Of a DNA stretch of 64,000 nt, positions 46,899 through 55,307 are shown one piece after another. The notes beneath the pieces are model-generated. The model worked only from the letters and a program-made list of their open reading frames with translations, made no database searches and was not told where the DNA came from. Position numbers and translations under genes: made by a program. Position 1 is the stretch's first letter, and each line of letters starts with the position of its first letter. This stretch comes from a virus (lineage: Duplodnaviria > Heunggongvirae > Uroviricota > Caudoviricetes): IMG/VR virus record IMGVR_UViG_3300035497_000275, positions 1 through 64,000 of that record; one strand, given 5' to 3'.

Positions 46899-47111
46899 AC
46901 TATATTATAATATATAGTGCTGGCGCAAAGTTTTCGGCTGTGCGACTGCCTACGGCAGATCGCTTCGCCGTTCTGTCCTTTCCTTGCGGAAAGTCCAGAA
47001 AATCAGGCAAAATCAATTGTTTTGGAAATCGTAATCATAGTTGCCCTCCGAGCCTACCCTTTGAAAATGTCTGAAGATGTGGGCTTTTGGGGACTTGTGG
47101 GCGAAAAAAAA

Positions 47112-47153
47112 GACCCATAATAAATATTATATATAATTATGGCGGTTTTTTTT
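47112..47153 (+). terminator. putative rho-independent terminator (AT-rich stem plus T8)
   Basis: CCATAAT..ATTATGG stem flanked by GACC/GGCGG, followed by TTTTTTTT at 47146..47153. Confidence 0.4.
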
Positions 47154-47250
47154 GGCCTCGACACGCTGAAACCTGTTGAAACTGCGGCTGTTTGACGAGG
47201 TTGGGCTGGAGGGCAACTTTTGATAATTTTGAAAAGAAAGGAGATTGTGA

Positions 47251-48363
47251 ATGGAACAAACTGGCGCAAAGCTAAAATGTATCGAGTACAACGAATCAGT
47301 TCTGGTTGATAAAGTATGCACGGATGCACAGCGCAAGGCATATAGGAAAAAGAATAAGTTCGTCAATTCAACATACCGCAAGATGTTCTTGGATACACTA
47401 TCAAGATACTGCGATTATGAGTATGACGCAGAATCCAAGAAGTACAGGATCACGGAGGTTTTTGACTACCCCATTACTTTGGCTGAATCACGAATTCACA
47501 AGGGGATATATCAGTACCTTACTCCGCTGATTCTGAATGAAGTCTTGTTTGGCGAGGAAAGTACGAACCGTAAAGCTGTCATTACATCTGTTGATTTGGC
47601 ACGGTCAGTTGGTATGATCAACGAAAACTACAATGTCGCAAAATTTAACCAAGATGCAATGCAAACTGATTTGGACTTTTCTTCTGCTGTGCTTGCTGAA
47701 TATTTCAACAAAGCTGATAATCGGATGGACGAATACATACGGCGGTGTATCAAATATCTAAAATCAATGAACTGTGTGATTTACAACGAAACGCATATGA
47801 TCAGTTTATTGCCGCAGGAAGTTGAAATTGAGAATGGTCGAATTATCATCAAGCCGCATACAATCAGGAGAGCAACTGATGATGAAATGAAGTTGTATGC
47901 TTCTTTGGTTGATCAAGCTGCTAAACAGGCCAAGATCACTTCGGACAATGAAAAGTGGTACGGGAAGAAAGCACTTAAATATCGCAATACGTTGACTGCA
48001 TTGCTGCGGGAACATAACATCGAATTTGTTTGTCGGGCATTTGAATTGTGGCGTGTTGACACAGATCGGTGCAAGTCAATCATGCGAAGTTTTGCAGATA
48101 AGACTATTGACCAGCGAAGGCATGAAATTGGGTACTTGATGCAGACCGTCATGGATACAAATGCTGAAAATCGGCTGATTAAGAATCCAAGTCTTGGTGC
48201 GAACTATCTGGAACAGTTTAAAAAGCTATCAGATATTGTAATGCCCCCAGATGCAGAAGATATTCGTCCTAAGTTAAAATCAATCAAAGAACAAGATTTA
48301 CAAGAAAAATTGAAAAATAAATATAATTACGAAATTGAGTATGCTATATCAGGTGGTGAATAA
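47251..48363 (+). CDS. hypothetical protein
   Basis: 370 aa ORF with AAAGGAG RBS; no recognisable motif. Confidence 0.5.
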   Translation: MEQTGAKLKCIEYNESVLVDKVCTDAQRKAYRKKNKFVNSTYRKMFLDTLSRYCDYEYDAESKKYRITEVFDYPITLAESRIHKGIYQYLTPLILNEVLFGEESTNRKAVITSVDLARSVGMINENYNVAKFNQDAMQTDLDFSSAVLAEYFNKADNRMDEYIRRCIKYLKSMNCVIYNETHMISLLPQEVEIENGRIIIKPHTIRRATDDEMKLYASLVDQAAKQAKITSDNEKWYGKKALKYRNTLTALLREHNIEFVCRAFELWRVDTDRCKSIMRSFADKTIDQRRHEIGYLMQTVMDTNAENRLIKNPSLGANYLEQFKKLSDIVMPPDAEDIRPKLKSIKEQDLQEKLKNKYNYEIEYAISGGE

Positions 48364-48366
48364 TTT

Positions 48367-50166
48367 TTGGAACTGAGTAAGGTTCAAAAGGAAGCGGTGG
48401 ATTTTTACACTGGATGTTGTAATGTCATTGCTTCTGCTGGTTCTGGAAAAACAAGAGTGTTGGTAAACAGGATTGTTAATTTAATTGACGAGTATGATGT
48501 GGAGCCGGGAAAGATTTTAGCAATTACATTTAGCAAGAAAGCAAAAGAAAACATGGTTGAGAGATTGCAGAAAATGATACCAGAGTATGCAAATTTAATC
48601 AACATCGAAACATTTCATTCTTTTGGATATCGTATTATCCGCAAGTTTAATCGTGAGCAATTTGAAATTCTTGATGCAGACTGGAAGAAAGTCAAAATCA
48701 TTGAAGAAATTTTGCATCAGTATTTTCACGAAAAAGAGCCTGATGGACAGGAAATCGCAGATGTACTTAGTTTTATTTCGATTCAGAAAAATCAGATGAA
48801 AAAGCCAAATACTTCTACGAAATTCGGAAAAATTTATCAAAAGTACGAGGAATATAAGGATTTACATAATCAGCTTGATTTTGATGATATGTTGGTAAAA
48901 TGCTATCGCATTTTAAGTACAAATGAAAAGTGCTTGGCATATTGTCAAGAGCAATATCAGTTTATTCTTGCGGACGAAATGCAAGACACCAATGCAGTTC
49001 AGTATGAAATTCTACGGCTAATTGGCGAGAAATATAAGAATGTTTTTGTAGTAGATGATCCGTTACAGAACATCTTCATGTGGCGTGGAAGCAATAATCG
49101 GTATGTGATGAATTTCGATCAGGATTGGCCTGATGCGAAAATTATTCATCTGAACAAGAATTATCGCAGTAGTCAAGACATTGTATCGGCGGCAAATAAG
49201 TTCGCACAGTGTATCCCGGAGTCACATCACAGACATTACGTTGAGAGCGTTGCAGACAAGGATACATTTGAACAGCCGCATTATATTCGGTACGCAGACG
49301 AAACTTCTGAGGCCAACGGCGTATCCAGTCAGGTTCAAGAACTACATGAACTTGGATATGAATATAAGGATATGGCGGTGCTGACAAGGACAAACGCTCA
49401 GTTGCAGAATTTTGAAACAGCGTTTTATAGAAACGGAGTTCCATATCAGGTTGTTGATGGAATGTCATTTATTGACCGCCGTGAAATCAAAATCGTCCTC
49501 TGTTATTTGAGGCTTGTTTGTAATGGTGATGATGACGAAGCATTTGAGTACATTTACAATCGTCCAAACCGCTGGCTTGGTTCTGCATTTTTACAGGAAG
49601 TCAAGCGGATCGCAAGAAAAGAAAAAATATCTTTGTTTTCTGCAATGTTTAAGACAACATCCAATTGGCGGTATAAGAATGCAGTCAATAATATTTATTC
49701 TACTGTAAAATCTATTCGTGATACAGAATATAAATCAGTAGATAAGGCTATTGCTGATCTGCGAAAAAGATTGAATTTGGATTCTTATGTGTCAAAGGAT
49801 TTGTGCGAGAATGATGACAGTAAGGTTGAAAATTTGAATACGCTGGAGCGTATGGCATCTAACTATTCTGATATCAAGCGTTTTATTTCATTTATGATGA
49901 AGTTTGCAAAGGAAAAGAAGTCAAATCCAAATTCCGTTCAACTAATGACAATTCATAAATCAAAAGGGTTGGAATTCCCTGTTGTGTTTGTCGCTGGTGT
50001 GAATCAAGGGCTTCTTCCTCATGAAAAGAATCAGAATCAAGATGAAGAAAAGCGGTTGATGTATGTGGCTATTACAAGAGCCGAAAAAATATTGAATATC
50101 TCTTCTACACAACAGTATAACGGAAAGGATGTAAAGGAAAGCGAGTTTATTCCCGTTTTATTTTAA
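48367..50166 (+). CDS. UvrD/Rep/PcrA-family SF1 DNA helicase
   Basis: 599 aa. Walker A IASAGSGKTRVL, LADEMQDTN (motif II), VVDDPLQNIF, C-terminal TIHKSKGLEFPVVFV. TTG start. Confidence 0.8.
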   Translation: MELSKVQKEAVDFYTGCCNVIASAGSGKTRVLVNRIVNLIDEYDVEPGKILAITFSKKAKENMVERLQKMIPEYANLINIETFHSFGYRIIRKFNREQFEILDADWKKVKIIEEILHQYFHEKEPDGQEIADVLSFISIQKNQMKKPNTSTKFGKIYQKYEEYKDLHNQLDFDDMLVKCYRILSTNEKCLAYCQEQYQFILADEMQDTNAVQYEILRLIGEKYKNVFVVDDPLQNIFMWRGSNNRYVMNFDQDWPDAKIIHLNKNYRSSQDIVSAANKFAQCIPESHHRHYVESVADKDTFEQPHYIRYADETSEANGVSSQVQELHELGYEYKDMAVLTRTNAQLQNFETAFYRNGVPYQVVDGMSFIDRREIKIVLCYLRLVCNGDDDEAFEYIYNRPNRWLGSAFLQEVKRIARKEKISLFSAMFKTTSNWRYKNAVNNIYSTVKSIRDTEYKSVDKAIADLRKRLNLDSYVSKDLCENDDSKVENLNTLERMASNYSDIKRFISFMMKFAKEKKSNPNSVQLMTIHKSKGLEFPVVFVAGVNQGLLPHEKNQNQDEEKRLMYVAITRAEKILNISSTQQYNGKDVKESEFIPVLF

Positions 50167-50170
50167 GCAT

Positions 50171-50187
50171 ATAACCATAAATACAAG
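50171..50187 (+). promoter_or_regulatory. conserved 17-bp motif ATAACCATAAATACAAG (copy 4)
   Basis: About 40 nt upstream of the 50227 start. Confidence 0.4.
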
Positions 50188-50226
50188 TATTGGAGGGATA
50201 TATTATAGATAGGAGTATGATAATGT

Positions 50227-50421
50227 ATGGAGCATTCGGAAGAATTTTCGTGTTTAGATTGTATCTGGTGTGATCAATGTCGTGATGTACAACCATGTAT
50301 GTTTTTTGATAACGGCAAATCTGGAATCGTGACCGATCAGGACGTGGAACAAATTGTAGAGAAAAACCGAAAAGATTATAGTGAAGCGTATTTGGATTAT
50401 TTAGCTGAATTTAACGATTAA
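50227..50421 (+). CDS. hypothetical Cys-rich protein
   Basis: 64 aa. CLDCIWCDQC. Confidence 0.35.
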   Translation: MEHSEEFSCLDCIWCDQCRDVQPCMFFDNGKSGIVTDQDVEQIVEKNRKDYSEAYLDYLAEFND

Positions 50422-50433
50422 GGAGAATGAAAT

Positions 50434-51627
50434 ATGAATGTAATGCAAGCACAACATATCATTTATCTTGATAATGCTGCTACTACGAAACCATACAAAG
50501 GTGTTATCAACGCAGTTTTGAATACAATTGATGATGGGTATGGTAATCCGAGCAGTCTGCATAAGAAAGGAAAAGCAGCTTCAAAACTTGTGCAAGAAGC
50601 ACGGGAACTGATTGCTGATTTTATTCATGCAAAGCCCAGTGAGATTATCTTTACTTCTGGTGGCAGCGAGTCTGATAATCTTGCGCTGCGTGGAATTGCA
50701 CCATATTTGAAAAGCATTGGCAAGACAACCATTGTAACCAGTGTAATTGAACATCCTGCGGTGCTGAATACTTGTGCTGATTTAAAGAAGGATGGGTTTA
50801 AGATCATCTATATGCCAGTTGATAAGGATGGTCGTGTGGATATTGAAGAATTTGATAAAGTTCTTAAACAGAAGCACGATGAAATTGGTCTTGTCTATAT
50901 TATGGCAGTTAATAATGAAATTGGTTCTATCCAACTCATTGATGATATTGGTGAACTTTGTCACGAATATTCTATCATTTTTGGTACAGATGCGGTTCAG
51001 GCGTTGACACATATTCCGCTGGATGTACAGGCCAGCCATATTGATCTGATGGCAATGTCGGCGCATAAGATTCATGGTATGAAAGGAATCGGCGCATTGT
51101 ATGTTCGGGATGGGATTACCCTCTCCCCTATTATTACCGGGGGTGGTCAGGAAAATCATCTTCGTGCTGGTACGGAGAATGTGCCGGGTATCGTAGCTTT
51201 TGGCGAAGCTATTCGATTTGCAAAGGTTTTGATGAACGATGATACAAGACACTATTGGAATTTGCGAGAACAATTTTTTAATGTGCTGAATGAATCTGAT
51301 ATTAAGTATCATGTTAATGGTGATGGCGGTGTCCCGAATATCATTAGTTTAACTTTGCCGGGATGTGAAAGTGAAGCCATGCTGTTGTTGTTAAATGAAC
51401 AGAATGTATGCGTGTCTGCTGGTTCAGCTTGTGCGGCTGGATCACTGGAACCAAGTCATGTGTTGAAGGCTTTATATCTTCCTGATGGATATGCGAATTG
51501 TACAATTCGGATTTCAATGGGTGGAAATACTGATGAGTTTGAAATTGTGACGGCAGCACAGGCTATTATCAAAGCAGTCCATCAACTTCTTGATATGCAG
51601 CCGAAAGTGGAGGATGAAAATGGATAA
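50434..51627 (+). CDS. cysteine desulfurase (NifS/IscS, class V aminotransferase)
   Basis: 397 aa. IYLDNAATTKP, SGGSESDNLALRG, PLP-lysine SAHKIHGMKGIGALYVR, C-terminal SAGSACAAG with the active Cys. Confidence 0.85.
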   Translation: MNVMQAQHIIYLDNAATTKPYKGVINAVLNTIDDGYGNPSSLHKKGKAASKLVQEARELIADFIHAKPSEIIFTSGGSESDNLALRGIAPYLKSIGKTTIVTSVIEHPAVLNTCADLKKDGFKIIYMPVDKDGRVDIEEFDKVLKQKHDEIGLVYIMAVNNEIGSIQLIDDIGELCHEYSIIFGTDAVQALTHIPLDVQASHIDLMAMSAHKIHGMKGIGALYVRDGITLSPIITGGGQENHLRAGTENVPGIVAFGEAIRFAKVLMNDDTRHYWNLREQFFNVLNESDIKYHVNGDGGVPNIISLTLPGCESEAMLLLLNEQNVCVSAGSACAAGSLEPSHVLKALYLPDGYANCTIRISMGGNTDEFEIVTAAQAIIKAVHQLLDMQPKVEDENG

Positions 51628-52441
51628 GAAATGGGTTAAATCAGAAAAATGCAGATTGTTGGATATTGCACAAGAAAAACAAAGGAATATCATTTTTCAA
51701 ATTAATTCTGCTGAGTTATTGACGGCGAAGGATAAGGAAGATTTGATTAATCTGCTTGATTCAACTTCAAGAAAATCTCATTATGATTCATTTGGAACAT
51801 ATTCTCTTTCCAAATTGTTTGATAATCATAATAAAGATGATGATTTTGATTTTGGTTCTGCTTATGATTTTATTGAACACATTTGCAGTGACGAATATTT
51901 TTCATTAATATTTAGAATCAATCACATTTTAGACAGATATATTGATTCTGATGAAGTTGAATTTGACGGTGACATTATTATCACTGATCCGTGCTATGTT
52001 GCAAAAGATGAAGATTCTGATTGGGATAAATGCTGCTGTGGAGAAAATTTGGACAAGATCGGAATTACACATTTCATGACACGGGACACACTTTACGGTG
52101 ATTGGGGATGTACTGTTTATAATTCTGATACAAAGCAGAAAATCGGGGAATTTTGCGCTGATGCTGGTATGGTTTCTGTTATGTTGTTAGATGATGTTCT
52201 GAAATATAATCCAGATTTTAATTATCATACAGAACGGACGTGGACAACGACTTTGATTCAAGATTTTCATGGAAAAGTTCAGTTTGTTGTAGAGCGTACT
52301 GAAGGTGTCTATGATGAAGATTCTAAATGGCATAAGGCTGGCGATAAGTGGGAAGATTTTAGTGTTCATGTTGTTGGTCATGGTGTAAATAAAAAGACTG
52401 GCGAAAAAATTAATTTCCGCAGCAGTCAGACTTCTTTATAA
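51620..52441 (+). CDS. hypothetical protein
   Basis: 273 aa. ATG overlaps the cysteine desulfurase stop (AATGGATAA). Confidence 0.45.
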   Translation: MDKKWVKSEKCRLLDIAQEKQRNIIFQINSAELLTAKDKEDLINLLDSTSRKSHYDSFGTYSLSKLFDNHNKDDDFDFGSAYDFIEHICSDEYFSLIFRINHILDRYIDSDEVEFDGDIIITDPCYVAKDEDSDWDKCCCGENLDKIGITHFMTRDTLYGDWGCTVYNSDTKQKIGEFCADAGMVSVMLLDDVLKYNPDFNYHTERTWTTTLIQDFHGKVQFVVERTEGVYDEDSKWHKAGDKWEDFSVHVVGHGVNKKTGEKINFRSSQTSL

Positions 52442-52445
52442 GCCT

Positions 52446-53012
52446 ATGGAAGAATACTGGACAGGCGCATGGTATGATGGAGTTGATTATTCTTGGCGTT
52501 TTGAAGTATCTACGTTAGGAAGATTGCGAAACGCCAAGAATAAGAAAATTTACATTTTACATACTGGAGCAAATGGATATTTACAGATATGTACTTCTAT
52601 TAATGGGAAGAACAAAAATATCCGTGTTCATCGTTGCGTTGCTGAAACATTTCTTGATAATCCATATGGCTATGAAATTGTAAATCATTTAGATGGTAAT
52701 AAGCAAAATAATCGGTTGGATAATTTGGAATGGTGTACACGTCATGACAACTATGAACACGCTGTTCAAATGGATTTAATAAATCCAGATTACAGTTATA
52801 TGCTTGGTCAGAATTCACATTATGGGTATTATCGTGGAAGTTATAATGGAATGGCAAAATTGACTGAGCAAGATGTAATTTACATTCGTGAAAATTATAT
52901 ACCGAAAGGAAAGGGGCAAAAATGTAATCGTCAAGAACTTGCAACTTATTTTGGTGTTAGTGTTGGTTTAATTTCACGCATTATCAAAAATGAAATTTGG
53001 ACTCATGTGTAA
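52446..53012 (+). CDS. HNH homing endonuclease (HNH_3)
   Basis: 188 aa. VHRCVAETF...VNHLDGNKQNNRLDNLEWCTRHDN. Confidence 0.7.
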   Translation: MEEYWTGAWYDGVDYSWRFEVSTLGRLRNAKNKKIYILHTGANGYLQICTSINGKNKNIRVHRCVAETFLDNPYGYEIVNHLDGNKQNNRLDNLEWCTRHDNYEHAVQMDLINPDYSYMLGQNSHYGYYRGSYNGMAKLTEQDVIYIRENYIPKGKGQKCNRQELATYFGVSVGLISRIIKNEIWTHV

Positions 53013-53025
53013 GGAGGTCAAAAAA

Positions 53026-53814
53026 ATGATTAATTGTAAAACGATTGCTGCTGAACGAAAGCAAAAGATGAAAGAGTACATTGATAAGAACAATTTGAAC
53101 ATCACGCTTGCAGTATTTCAGGTCGGTGATAATCCAGCATCAAATTCTTATATCAAAGGAAAACACAAAGATTGTGATGAAGTTGGAGTTGATTTTCTAC
53201 ATATCAAATATGACGAAAGTGTGAGTACAGAAGAAATTATTCGTGATATTCAGTGGGCTAATATTAATACTTCAATTAACGGAATTATTGTTCAACTTCC
53301 GTTGCCGAAGCATTTGGATCAGGGAAAAATTCTGAATGAAATTTGTGATGAAAAGGATGTAGATGGGTTTAAACATAACAGTTCTTTTGTTCCGTGTACT
53401 CCAAAAGGTGTCATGATGATTCTCGATCATATTGGTTATGACGTTGATGGAAAATTGTGTTGTGTAATTGGTCGTGGAGCAGTTGGGAAGCCAATGGTAG
53501 ATGAATTAACAGCGAAGAATGCGACTGTTCTTTGGTGCAATAGTCATACACCAGAAAAACTTCTTGATGAATATGTTATGATCTCAGATGTTGTAATTTC
53601 TGCGGCAGGAGTCCCAAAATTGATTCATTCTTATACTGAAGATCAAATTATTATTGATGTTGGTATTAATCGTGATGAAGATGGGAAACTGTGTGGTGAT
53701 GTAGATAAGGACTGTTATCATGATGATTTTCAGATTACTCCTGTTCCCGGTGGTGTTGGCCTGATGACCAGAGTTGCGTTGTTAGAAAATACGGTATATG
53801 GAGGTAAGAGATAA
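53026..53814 (+). CDS. folD: bifunctional methylenetetrahydrofolate dehydrogenase/cyclohydrolase FolD
   Basis: IIVQLPLP, TPKG, VIGRGAVGKP, PVPGGVG. ATG at 53026 with AAGGAGG RBS; the track ORF starts earlier. Confidence 0.8.
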   Translation: MINCKTIAAERKQKMKEYIDKNNLNITLAVFQVGDNPASNSYIKGKHKDCDEVGVDFLHIKYDESVSTEEIIRDIQWANINTSINGIIVQLPLPKHLDQGKILNEICDEKDVDGFKHNSSFVPCTPKGVMMILDHIGYDVDGKLCCVIGRGAVGKPMVDELTAKNATVLWCNSHTPEKLLDEYVMISDVVISAAGVPKLIHSYTEDQIIIDVGINRDEDGKLCGDVDKDCYHDDFQITPVPGGVGLMTRVALLENTVYGGKR

Positions 53815-54266
53815 TGGGACAGATCAAGGTTGTTGACGGTGATTTGCTCAATGCGAAGGAATCCTATATTGCCCATCAAGTAAATTGTTATGGTGCAATG
53901 GGACGTGGAGTTGCTTTACAGATTCGTCATATGTATCCTGATGTTTATAGACGATATAAAGCATATTGTGAAGAACATCGTGTAAAAAATCTACTTGGTC
54001 GTATTTTGATTATCCCGACAGATGATGGTCGCATTATTTGTAATTTGTTTGGTCAAGAGGGTTATGGTCAAGGAAAATGCAACACGGATATCGCTGCTTT
54101 GACAAAGTGTTTCCAAAGTCTTGAGAAAATTGTTCCGCATTCCGAGTCCATTGCAATGCCGTATCAGATTGGATGTGGTCTTGGAGGCGGAAATTGGGAT
54201 TTGGTACTTCCTTTGATTCGAGATATTTTTGTTCATCATACGGTTGTTCTTTACAGGTACAAATAA
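53814..54266 (+). CDS. macro-domain protein (ADP-ribose / Appr-1''-p binding or processing)
   Basis: 150 aa. HQVNCYGAMGRGVALQI and IGCGLGGGNW resemble the macro-domain N..G.GGV.AI and GIFG blocks. Confidence 0.55.
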   Translation: MGQIKVVDGDLLNAKESYIAHQVNCYGAMGRGVALQIRHMYPDVYRRYKAYCEEHRVKNLLGRILIIPTDDGRIICNLFGQEGYGQGKCNTDIAALTKCFQSLEKIVPHSESIAMPYQIGCGLGGGNWDLVLPLIRDIFVHHTVVLYRYK

Positions 54267-54279
54267 CCATAAATACAAG
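54263..54279 (+). promoter_or_regulatory. conserved 17-bp motif ATAACCATAAATACAAG (copy 5)
   Basis: Ends 9 nt before the ATG at 54288 and overlaps its RBS. Confidence 0.4.
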
Positions 54280-54287
54280 GAGGAAAT

Positions 54288-54929
54288 ATGAAAGTTTTGG
54301 AATTGTTTGCTGGGACTCGTTCTATTGGCAAGGCTTTTGAACGGGGGGGGCATGAAGTTTTTAGTATAGAATGGGATCAGCATTTTGAGAACATTAATCT
54401 TTATGCCGATATTGGTAAGGTAACTGCTGAAGAAATTATTAAACAGTTTGGCAGACCTGATGTGATTTGGGCTTCCCCTGATTGTACTACATATTCAATT
54501 GCTGCGATTTCACATCATAGAAGAAAAGAAGATGATGGCAATTTAGCAGCGGTTTCAGAATACGCAAAATTTTGTGATCAAGTAAATGTTCATGTTTTGG
54601 AGTTGATTAAAGAATTGAATCCAAAATTTTGGTTCATTGAAAATCCTCGTGGTGGATTAAGGAAGATGCGTTTTATGCAAGGGCTTCCACGTTATACTGT
54701 TACATATTGTCAATATGGCGATTCTCGTATGAAACCAACAGATATTTTTACAAATCACCCAAATCCAGAATTTAAACCGCCTTGCCATAATGGTGATCCG
54801 TGTCATGTATCTGCGCCAAGAGGTGCTAAGACTGGAACACAAGGATTAAAGGGGCATATTGAACGTTCTATTATTCCAGAACAATTATGTGACCATATTG
54901 TAAAAATTTGCGAAGATTATTGGGAGTGA
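54288..54929 (+). CDS. compact SAM-dependent DNA methyltransferase, cytosine-5-like
   Basis: 213 aa. LELFAGTRSIG (motif I), ASPDCTTYS (PC motif), FIENPRG (ENV-like). Contains a G8 run at 54343..54350. Confidence 0.5.
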   Translation: MKVLELFAGTRSIGKAFERGGHEVFSIEWDQHFENINLYADIGKVTAEEIIKQFGRPDVIWASPDCTTYSIAAISHHRRKEDDGNLAAVSEYAKFCDQVNVHVLELIKELNPKFWFIENPRGGLRKMRFMQGLPRYTVTYCQYGDSRMKPTDIFTNHPNPEFKPPCHNGDPCHVSAPRGAKTGTQGLKGHIERSIIPEQLCDHIVKICEDYWE

Positions 54930-54933
54930 TTTA

Positions 54934-55293
54934 TTGAAATGTGAAATTTGCGGCAAGGAAATTAATGCGAGTTCTTATTCAAATGCCGTGCTTTGTAGTA
55001 GTAAGTGCTTTCATACTCATTTCTGGAGAGAAATTATTGCCGAAAAGGAAAAACATATTATCATTCATGGTAACTGTTATTGTGATGGCGGAAACATCGA
55101 AAATCCACGTTCAACTGCCTTTGTTGGATTTAGTGGGCGTAGGTTCTGGATTCGATTTTTTGATGGACACGAAATCACGACAAACAATTTGTGGACTCAG
55201 GGAGAAATACCAGAGGAATTCAGGGAACAGCTTCCAGATAACGCAGAATTCTTTTGGCCTGAAACAAAGAACTTGATTCAGCAGAATTATTAA
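54934..55293 (+). CDS. hypothetical zinc-binding protein
   Basis: 119 aa. CEICGK...CSSKC..H. TTG start. Confidence 0.4.
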   Translation: MKCEICGKEINASSYSNAVLCSSKCFHTHFWREIIAEKEKHIIIHGNCYCDGGNIENPRSTAFVGFSGRRFWIRFFDGHEITTNNLWTQGEIPEEFREQLPDNAEFFWPETKNLIQQNY

Positions 55294-55307
55294 ACGGGAG
55301 GGATTTC

